Assembly: GCA_009103225.1 (NCBI GenBank)
Contig: RHPI01001056.1
Span: 52,637-116,636, forward strand
Length of the DNA stretch: 64,000 nt
From: Chlorokybus atmophyticus
Lineage: Eukaryota; Plantae; Mesostigma and Chlorokybus algae
Direction: 5' to 3'
Shown here: one piece after another, positions 54,770-64,000 of the stretch
Layout: each line of letters begins with the position of its first letter
Position numbering within the stretch: position 1 is the stretch's first letter
The notes under the pieces: generated by a model
Told to the model about the DNA's origin: nothing
Databases searched by the model: none
Seen by the model: only the letters and a program-made list of their open reading frames with translations
Program-made: the position numbers and the translations under genes

Positions 54770-55143
54770 TCTCCTTTTTGCCTGTTAAGGCGCTAGGGGA
54801 TGGGTTGTAGATTTGTGTAGTGGCAAGCAGCTTGGCGCTGCTCCAAGTGTGTCAGATTAAAATTGGCAAGGGCAATGACGTGAGCAATTTCCCAGTACCA
54901 CCCTTGATTGCCGAAGTCCATGCCTCTACCGTACTCCAAACTTGCTAGGCGATTCATGGGTTCTTTGTAGGTGCAGCCCAGCAGCTCAAGTGTCTCTATG
55001 GGTCCTGTCAAGTCTAACCTCGACTTGACCCCAACCTTCTTGAGCACACACTTCAAGTGGGTGCGCAACAGATCTCGGATACAAAAGTGAGCAAGCAATA
55101 AGCGCAACCTGTGCAACCTAAATGTGGTTGCATTGAGATGCAA
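54770..55143 (-). pseudogene. HNH/endonuclease-VII-like domain of the type common in giant viruses and phages; degenerate
   Basis: TLELLGCTYKEPMNRL...GMDFGNQGWYWEIAHVIALANFNLTHLEQRQAACHYTNLQPIP*RLNRQKG matches the recalled pattern LLGC..EEL..HLE.QF..GM.W.N.G.WHIDHI.P.A.FDLT..EQ...CFHYTNLQPLW..DN..KG. DH is changed to AH and a stop precedes the last Asn. Confidence 0.7.
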
Positions 55144-58100
55144 TGCAAGTTGGTCCTTGTTGCAATAATCGCAAGGCCGATTGAGTCCTTGCTCCTATTC
55201 CGTTTGCAGCTAGGCAAATTGTCTAGTGACAGAGCCAAGGTTACACTCATAACACTGACCGCGGCCGCTGGCTAATCTCTTTGTGTGCCCTTCCTTGCAT
55301 GGGTTATATGCATACACATGTACCAGAGCAAGGGAATCACATGCTTGTCCAGCAATGCACTCCACTAAGCATGTAGCCAAAACCCAAACTGCGATCTTAC
55401 CCATGTCTATATATGTGTATGTGCGGGCTGTTCTTAGAGAATGGTCTTTACTCTCTTGCAATGTCTTTTGCTCAGCCCTTCGCTTTTTCGCTGCTTGCAT
55501 CTTGTTGCTCACGTAGTTGGTGCAATCACTGGAAATGCGTTGGTCCGTGGTCCCGCCACAAGTATCACAAGGCGGACTTGCAAGTAAGATGTAATGATGC
55601 AAACGACACAATAGGAGACCACAACCTGAACATTGTCTGCTATCTTGTAACCTGGTTTCTGGTGCACATACGTAGGGAGGTTAGCGCAGTCTCTCTCAGC
55701 GCAGTCTCTCTCCTTTTTGAACGTACGTTGTTCTTTTTATCTTGGACGCATGGTGCGCACCTTTCGTCATACGTATAGCGCTTGACACTCCCACAACGTA
55801 CGCATGGATTTTCTATCCAACATCATTTCTTTCAAGGACAGGCGATGGTGACATAGCTTGCGATGTTCAACACACTAACCTGGGTCTTGGTATGTGATTG
55901 TCTTCTTCCCTCTTGTGATCAAAGCCGTGCTGTTGCATGGAGGTTGAGCACACTGATCTGCAACGTATGTGGCTGCACGCCATCTCTATGCGAGTGGCAC
56001 GCTGGAGCTGGCAGCAGCACTACTGCTCGCAGGATCCTCTGCCTTTTTTCGCTTGGATCTGCGACGGCTGCTGGGAGGTGTCCCAGCTGCTTATGCAATG
56101 ACATCCTCTCTGGCATACAAGAACAACCAGTGTGAGTACACCATTACCACGTGCATTCCATGCACAGGGTAATGTGCAAGTTGCGCATAGGCTGGATCTT
56201 ACTTGCTTCCATCTTCAGTTGGTCTTTGCCACCAATGCTGGTTGGGGTCAAAGCTGGATCCTCGCTATCAGTTGCTTTGACTCGGGTGCTCTGTGGTAGA
56301 AAGAACTCCCTAATAGACCGTTAACCTTGCACAAAGTTTATGATACCGCGTGGCATGGCATTGTCAATCTGTCTACTGACCGAAGGCGCCAATGCATGCG
56401 CCAATGCAATGTCCACCCCGCCGCCATCTACCGCCACGGACCACCACCACCACAGTAACCTCCACTGCTCAGTGCAGCGCCACGCATAGTCTTGAAACGC
56501 GACTGGCACTCTCATAAGGTCCACCTCGAGTGGACGACATAAGGTATGTTATAACCTCATTAGTCATTGTTGTGAGGTTTCATGTGCAACAATGGTAGTA
56601 CGGAGGATTGCGACATTGCTAACGTTGAGTTGTCTGTGCGTTTGTTTATGAACACGACATAAGTTCACTACATGCATGTGCTCTCATGGATAGGTAGCCA
56701 CTGAAGGCGGGTACGGGGAGGGTTCACTTATGTGTACAGCACTGTTATCAGCATTCAATAACATGGCGAGGTGTCTCAAGATATCGCATGAATTCGCATG
56801 GAAGCTTGTGTAGAGCTTACGTACATTAAGGTTGACATATGTTGCAGCTTGGTGGGTCTAGCTGTTATGTCATGTCATGTACATGGAGCCTAACACTCTA
56901 TCCATATTGCACACGTTATGTCCTGATGCTAGCTATGATCGATACAGAGTATACGCATAGTACACGTGGCTGTCAATATGGACCAACGTTATAAACCAAC
57001 GGTGTAATTGGTGCCAAGATTCCACCCTGCATGTGCACACGTATGAGTGTCTATGGGTGTCTTTGCACAGCCAAGTACTTGTGTATTGCAAATGTTGTCA
57101 CATACATCCGTCATATGTCAAGGTAGGCAGGGACGGGTCCACAAATGTGGCAGCAAGGACTCCATTCCTGCAGTGGATACCAAGTTGCGAGCCAGAAAAC
57201 AAAAACACTGCAATTGCGCATGCTACACCTGGAGGTTGGAGCATACCTGTAAAGCTTCCAGGCAGTTCCATCACAGACCCGGCAAGGTTCCACCAGCCGC
57301 AATAGCTCTTTGGTCCCCCTCTTAAATCCGCCATAGCTTGTTGAAAGCGGGCATTCCTGAGAACACACAGACCATGTTAGCAGTGGCGCTCCTTTTGACA
57401 TACTGCAACTTGGCATATAAGTACCTGTAAAGCGCCCATCTCGCACCAACATAGACACCAGCAATGTGAGCGTATGCGTCAAAGTCGTGGATGCCAAAGC
57501 AGTCACAGTATGAACAGGCTGTGCGGCTTCTGCGTCGCTACCAAAGACGTATATGTAGTCCTTGGAGTTTGGGTTGCCTTGCACACCAAGCAGAGTGCTG
57601 CCGGCGCCGGCCGCAACTGCATCGTATCGCACCAGGGTGACATTGGTCAAGTCATTGGCACTGTTGGGCTGCACCTTGAGCCATGCTGGTAATGCTGCCG
57701 TTCCATGCCAAGGGCTGTAGCGGCTGGTTCTTGAAGCAGATGTAGCTTGTGGATCCGTCAAATCTGTAACCGCCTGTGCCACTTTTGATTGTGTGCGAGT
57801 TTCCAATAAGCACTCCATCGTGGCCGTATCTGCTTACATCAGGCACGCTCGGGCCGTCTGTAATATCCGTCAGCAAGAATGTGCTGCTTGCAACAAGGTT
57901 TGCAGCTGGCATGCAAAGAAAGACGTCAGTACTTGCATAGATACAGACAAGCGAAAGAGCCCAATACCAAACAGGGTTACATCACAACCAATGTGCAGGA
58001 CAGCATACTTGGAGGAGCAGTGGGGGCTGGTAAAGGAGCCGGGCCTGCAGGCGCCTGCGGTGGTGGGGGCGACTGGGGTGGTGTCGACGGCGGCACAAGC

Positions 58101-61100
58101 ACTCGATGATACTGTGCTATGTAGGTAACCTCTGCGTTCGGAATTGCAATGACTGCAGTGACTTCAGAGGACACACCCTGAGCGCAAAGTCATGAATTGA
58201 AGACAAGTCAAATCGTGCTTGATAAACAGCATGGCCGCGAGCCATGAGCAATGAGTCACTGCTTGCATCGTCACCAACATGAATGATGACATACCTTCCA
58301 GTACTCAAACTCACATATGTGCCCTCAAGGAATTGCGGGCTCTGTGCCGCCATGGCGACAGATGACCCTGCGATGCCAACAATAGGGAGCGACTCGTCTG
58401 CCACTACCAGCAGCAGCTATAGTCAACCCGGGTGGGACATTTTGAGAAGTGAGGTCAACTTGAACGGGGTACAGGTTCACCTGCTGTTTGCAATCTGACA
58501 GTTAGCAGGTTGCCAAGTGGATAGTCTTCAGCTCGTGTGTTACCTGTGTGCTAGTGACGGTGCTGTACTGTACAAGATGATTTGAAGGTAGTTGTAGTAC
58601 TCGTGATCAGGTGCAACAAGAGCGCAAGGTGTTGTTCGCTGTCTGAAACAAGTGTGGTTGGCAGCTGATGTTCACCTGCAAATCACAGTCGTCAACGAGC
58701 CAGGCACTACCGTTGCTAAACACATGAGCAAGAAACCAAAGTACACATGCTGTACTCAACCTAGCCAAGAGTTACCTGGGTGGTAGAGCAATGGAACTGA
58801 ATAACCCGCCAGGAAGCTACTGCCCTCACAGGACCTACTTGCCCTTGGCAATCAAAGACCTGGTTGACAATGAACGAGTCTCCATTCTTTGGGGATGTGA
58901 TCACCACAGATGGAAGATCGGCACTGGAAGACAACACAGTGATTGTCTTTGTCGTGTAGCGGATGCATGGCCGCTGAACACGGTCAGGGTGGCTGTGTAC
59001 TTGCCAGCAACCGTGTACGTATAAGTCACTGAGGTCTTTGTAGAGTCGACAACACCTGTACAAGGATGAGATGAGATCATGCCCTGTGAAAGCCTTTAAC
59101 AACGCACGCCCTTGTGGGTGTCATGGCTTACCGTCTCCCTCGAAGTCCCACTCGTAACGGACAATCGGTGGACTTCCGGCACTTGTAAAGGCCACAGCAA
59201 GTGGTTTAACGTCAAGTTCCGTATCAGACTGTACGACGGCATACAAAAGCGGTTCATTGCCATAAGCAATACAATAGGTTTGGCCTGAATGGGGCTTGCT
59301 GTATAGAGGCCGTTGCCAAGTGATGCAAGCGCAGATTGAAGATCCGCTGGAGATGCCATCAACCACTGTCACGATGTTGTTGCAATCCAATTGGCCAGAA
59401 GTGTCCTTCAGCATAGCCCACACGCATCCAACGGCGTAGTCCGCAAAGAACAGTGTGCCTTGATAGGCGGCTGCCAGCCGAAGCCAACTGAGCATGCACT
59501 CCGCAATAAGATGGAACTCGACTACATAACCGTGGGTGACATAAGACCAGAAGACTCAGTCACCTGGGTAATACAAGCCATTGTAGAAGTGCAGTGCTGT
59601 GATTGCGCTGCCGGTGTCGCCAGTTGCCTTTGAGCACAAACCGTCCTGATTTGGAGATGTTAAATGGTGCCAGCTGCATCACAACTACCAGGTGTAGTGA
59701 TCAGTTGATTCTGCAATGTCACAACGTCACCCTTACAACACCTTACCTATAGGAAGGAGCGATAACAGCTGCACCATCCAACGACGTACATAGCGACAGC
59801 GAAAGACTTACTGACTGATACGCCGGCTGCGGTTGGGGTCCCTGGGATGGAATGCGATGTTATGCAATTGTTGGAAACCGCGCAGATGCAGTGCAAAATC
59901 TGGAACAGTATGTTCGTGCACAGTAGTAACCTGTTCAAGTCCAGTAATACACATTGCACAGGCACAGCCATGATCTGGTACACATACCTCATAGCAAGGC
60001 CAACCAAAGTTGCCTGCTTGACCACAATTAGGCGTCTGTACGACCTTCATCATCTCCCAGTCCCTGCTAGTCAAGGGTTTTAACATGCATGAAACCAGTC
60101 CACACTCACGTAGCACTTCAAATCTGACAGCAGCAACTGAGCACGCGCTCACTAGGCCTACAACGAATCAAAAGTCAATACGGCAATAAACTGCGTCTGT
60201 TGAGCAACATCCTGCCATCAGGCTCACCTGAAAGAAACACAGGCCCGAGAGGAATTGTGTGTTAGTGTTGTATTTTGCACGTGCAACAGAACCTCAGCTC
60301 GTCAGTTAATCCTAACTCAATGTGAGTTGCCTTAGCCTTGCTTACCCAACGTCGGCCCACCATATTTCAATTGTGCCTGGCCGAAGACGTCCCCTCTAAG
60401 AACCCTCAGATGGTCAACTCCATTTGGCACTAGGTGGTAAGTCAAAAAATGGAAGCTGTTCAGTGCCATAGCGATCAGCGAAGAACCCAAACTTTGATGT
60501 TGAGGCTCATACGCAAAGGAGCACTTCTTACCGGTATGGGTTTCTGTAGCCATGCGCCTGCCATGCCATGCCAAGAGGACAACTCAAACCACCGCACAGG
60601 AAGATTGGGCACAGCTTAAGTTGACATTGATTGGGTGGTAGACTTGCACAGAGATCAGTCCAGCAACACAAGCAACGTACCACAATGCCGTTGCGGCCAG
60701 ATACGTCGCTTGCTGAGAAGCCAGCTGTACTGCTCAACGCACTAGCGGCCTTCAGCATTCAGTCGCAAGACAGCACCATTGTATGCGGGTTGCCAAGGGT
60801 TCTGCATGCTTCTGCGACAAAGCATTAGTAGCTCCCAAAGGCGCAGCTGTAGGAGCAGACCAATGCGCTGTGTCACGGTGCTTGCTGTTCACCAGCAATG
60901 AAATAGACTCGCAACACACCAGCTATTCGTCAACGAGCTTACCTGCGGTGCTGCTCTGAGCGCTCCACCATCCGCATATGGTGGCACAAGTTGTGCCCAG
61001 TGCCACACAAGTTCCCAAGTTTCTTGCAAACAGAGGTCGAACCATTGTTAATGAGTTCATGTCAGACTTGCAATAGGACGTAACCGAGCTGCAGTCTGTT

Positions 61101-63124
61101 TGTGCTGCGGCGCCTCGGCTTACCAACATCGACAGCCCAGTAGGACGCTCCGTCACCACCAGACAGGTAGAGGTCCTCTTCGGTGTCAAAAACAGTGTCA
61201 CCGGCACCGTGTGAAAGATATCACTGCCAGGAAATGTAGTTGGGTATTAGCACAAACTAAGCTTAGGTAGCGTACACTGGTGCAGTGCAAAAACAATAAG
61301 CATAGACATGCAGATTGGCTGGCCCAGTACCTGGCACCACAAGCCATTTGATAGAATCTCTTCGGTAGTCCAGGCACGAGCCATTTGTCAAGTCCTGTTC
61401 ATATTGAACAGATTACAAGTTGAACCTGTCCTATGAAGTTTGTGTGCCAGACTGCAGTTGTTTTTAAAGTGTGCTTGCCTATTGTCCAACGAGACAGCCG
61501 ATTGTTGGCAACGCAAGGCTCTACAGTGCAATTGTGCCGTTTCTCACAGTGTGGCTGATGTACATCTGTCAGCATCAGAACTCTTTTAGCTCTGCTTGTG
61601 GCTGCTGGCTACAGCTGACTCGCAGCTGCGTGAGCTGCATCACCTGTATGTAGCCTTTTCACGAGTGGGTGTTGGCTTGATGGCCACAGCAAGGATGCCA
61701 CGATCGCCAGGCGTGTCAACCACCTGCAGCAAGAGGCGTGTTGTTGGCATCGAGCTCAGTCCTCAAAGGCCTTGCAATGCTTCAAAGCAATGCTTGTCTG
61801 GAACGGGAGCAGCTTACATTTGACTGGTCAACCATAAGAGTGGGCGGCCCTGGGTCTGTCACGCTACGAAAGGCCTTAACCTTGCCTGCGAAGGAAGCAT
61901 TGAAGGAATGGAGCAGAGTGCAGTGTCGTAAAAAGCTGGTTTGGCATCCGCAGTAGCTAAGTAGACCACATAAGTAGATGGTTGGCTTACCACACTTTTC
62001 GCCAACAAACACTCGTCCATCAGCTGCAAAGCGTACACATGTTGGGAAGTCGAGGTTGTCGAATACAATGACCAGTCTGAAGCTAGGTTATCTGCACATG
62101 CCGTCAGCGCAGGCCGCTGTTCCCAGCAGCACAGCATGCACGCCTGACCGCATGACAGGGAAAAATACGTCTACCAACAGTGTCTATTCACGAAGGTTGG
62201 GCGCCTGGCATTTGTGTACTGTAATTCAATGTTCCAATGAGCAGCTTGTAAATTAGAGCTGCCGAACAATAGCTGACAACTAAAGGTCATGTTGTGCAAA
62301 GTATACCGCTGCTGTTTACGAGGACTGCCAAAAGGGCACAGATTCACATCAGAAAACAGCACTTCAGCACTGAAGCAGTAATTATGCCAAGCAGGCTAAC
62401 ACGATCAGCATAACGAAGGCCAACAACCAACCTCACCTGACAGTGGCTGCAAACAGTGTGGAAGGAAGCAGCCAGGCGAGAGGCAGCAGCAGGGTCCATG
62501 CTTTGTGTAGCAACGCTAGCCTTGCCACCAGCATTGCTGCTGATGTTGTTGAGGACACCGCCAGCAGCAGCGTCTAGCCCACCTGCAAAAACAGCATGTA
62601 GCAACGTCTGGAGGTAGCAATGTCCATTGGCCAAGCTTTGTATGGGGATCGGTACTTGGATGCTACCAATCCGCAGGCTGCGAGCCATTGCACACAGTGG
62701 CCCTAGAGCCACGTCGAGAAGCAGGTTGCTGACGCATGCAACATTGCACGGACACATGTGGTAGCGCTGAGCGGTAGCGCTAAGATGATGACCTACAACC
62801 TTAGGCGACCAAGTCGAAGAATTGAGCATAGGCTTGGAAGAGAGCAGAGCATTCTCGTGAGGCTGACAGCTGCGTGGTCAACACCAGCCGTGCAAACATA
62901 CAAGAGTTCTTTTCCCTTGATTCTGTACAAACATTGTGAAAAACATGTTGTAAGACTTAAAAAACGACTGAAAGAGACGATCTTTCCCAGCAAAGAGGAT
63001 GAGCACAACAACCGTCGGCCATGCTGGTCGCCTCAACGAAGCGTGTCGCGCTTTGGGCGCGTTGTCTTGGCTCTCGCGTGTGTCCCAGCTTGTGGTAACA
63101 CTGTGCCAGCTTAACAGGCTAATG

Positions 63125-64000
63125 ACATGCAGAGTTGCTGCTTGATGTAGCCATCTGGCAATAGACGTTAACAACATTGTTGTTGCATGCTTTGCATTGG
63201 GTGTATCGACGTTGCTCAGCTCATACAAATTTGGCAGTAGAGAGCAGCCGTTGAGCTGCTCATCCTCAGAGGGATAACACAGCACGGTCAGCCCGGTCAC
63301 TAGTTCAACGGGACTGATCGAACGGTTGCACCCAGACAAGTGTCGCGCGCGCACAGCCGTCCGTTTGTGGTCATAAATGGACGGCTGATGGGCGACCATG
63401 TCGGTTCGCGCGAGCCCCCTAGGCCCTTAGGGTTGGGTGGGTGGGTCAAACAGCGCTCAGAGCAACAAATGTTAGCGCCAGGGGCGCTGTAAACAACAAC
63501 AACAACAACAACAACGACGACGGCGGGGAGGTCGCCCTGCTGGAGGTTATGGAGAGGGAGGTCGTACAAGGCTGGCCTTTGGCTGCCATGAAGCAGCCAG
63601 AGCCAGCTCAGCGGGCTGGCTCTTCAGCGGCGGCGGAGGCAGCTGTCACATCGCCGTTGAGCCAGCCCAGGGCGGCAGGGAGGCGAGCTCTTGTGCGGTC
63701 TTTCAGTATGCCGCACTTCTAGTGCTGCATGTGTATGTGCTCAGCTCCTCAACGGCTTGTGTTGCTGAGGAGCTGAGCGGTAGACCCATTGCGCTGCTCA
63801 GCCAATGGGCAGGCTGTTCATCATGCTTAAACATGCAGAGTTGCTGCTTGATGTAGCCATCTGGCAATAGACGTTAACAACATTGTTGTTGCATGCTTTG
63901 CATTGGGTGTATCGACGTTGCTCAGCTCATACAAATTTGGCAGTAGAGAGCAGCCGTTGAGCTGCTCATCCTCAGAGGGATAACACAGCACGGTCAGCCC
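63125..64000. repeat. Direct repeat of at least 170 bp with a 706-bp offset; second copy runs off the window
   Basis: 63125-63294 appears identical to 63831-64000 (acatgcagagttgctgcttgatgtagccatc...cacggtcagccc). Confidence 0.9.

Larger units (their letters stand above)
54356..57013 (-). mobile_element. 2.66-kb insertion with no TSD or TIR seen, carrying an apparently spliced Zn-finger/HNH gene; interrupts a LamG exon
   Basis: Removing it fuses GWNLG (~57028-57014) in frame to ARSGYEDLVAADLYSGKVRDVQ (54355 downward). The result aligns gap-free with WNIGMWGSEYFDAVNNLFIGRIKQVQ of the intact paralog. Boundaries are ambiguous by 1 bp. Confidence 0.75.
50880..62091 (-). pseudogene. Large chimeric pseudogene: PQQ-dependent sugar-dehydrogenase-like propeller, PKD, Ig-like domains, Pro linker, 3x LamG, extensin-like tail; many spliceosomal introns
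   Basis: FDNLDFPTCVRFAADGRVFVGEKCG (62091-61991); GDRGILAVAI; WCQ*YLSHGAG..LYLSGGDGAS; GGALRA; RPGTIEIWWADVG; GNFGWPCYE; GSAITALHFYNG..YPAAYQGTLFFADY; PKD motif YEWDFEGDG; APDHEY; LamG motifs YDGTAWKLY, HHASVYDGAVWKLY and GTYDGANFRLYKNG. In-frame stops (e.g. 61221-61223, 54271-54273) and frameshifts. The true 5' end was not found. Confidence 0.82.

Noticed and set aside
54356-57013. Helitron identity for the insertion (A|TC at the left end)
   Set aside because: There is no CTRR-3' end followed by T, no clear subterminal hairpin and no Rep/helicase motifs.
50880-62091. Alternative genetic code or selenocysteine readthrough to explain in-frame TGA/TAG/TAA
   Set aside because: Frameshifts co-occur with the stops, all three stop types appear, and intact genes in the window terminate at TAG and TGA. 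Pseudogenisation is simpler.
62760-62960. Alpha/beta-hydrolase-like peptide GKRTLVCLHGW
   Set aside because: It is a single short motif followed by a stop, with no nucleophile motif found.

Overview
Eukaryotic, intron-rich nuclear DNA (mostly GT-AG introns, CA/GT-rich introns, long GA microsatellites, five N-gaps). Gene content points to a green alga, plausibly an early-branching streptophyte, but the species cannot be fixed from sequence alone. The six-frame ORF track is mostly uninformative, so genes were reconstructed by reading exons by eye. The intact core (18-50 kb) holds a PRPP synthetase, a CYP85-clan/CYP120-like P450 with a head-to-head decayed paralog, SEC24A, a Zn-finger/NUMOD3-like protein, two tandem CAD-like alcohol dehydrogenases and ArgJ. 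Both flanks are accessory. They carry a family of chimeric proteins: a bacterial-type PQQ/sugar-dehydrogenase-like propeller, PKD and Ig-like domains, three LamG domains and an extensin-like Pro tail. One member looks intact at its 3' end (1-1029), one is an ~11-kb pseudogene (50.9-62.1 kb, minus) and one is an orphan tail (13.4 kb). The pseudogene is split inside a LamG exon by a 2.66-kb insertion with no visible TSD or TIR, which encodes a giant-virus/phage-type HNH endonuclease. An internally deleted second copy of that sequence directly abuts a DIRS-type RT-RNaseH-methyltransferase ORF with no recognisable tyrosine recombinase. A 5.6-kb segment with CACA-termini, hairpin repeats and an E2 (UBC) gene fragment follows. 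No rRNA, tRNA or CRISPR arrays were recognised. All family assignments come from motif recall, not from database searches.
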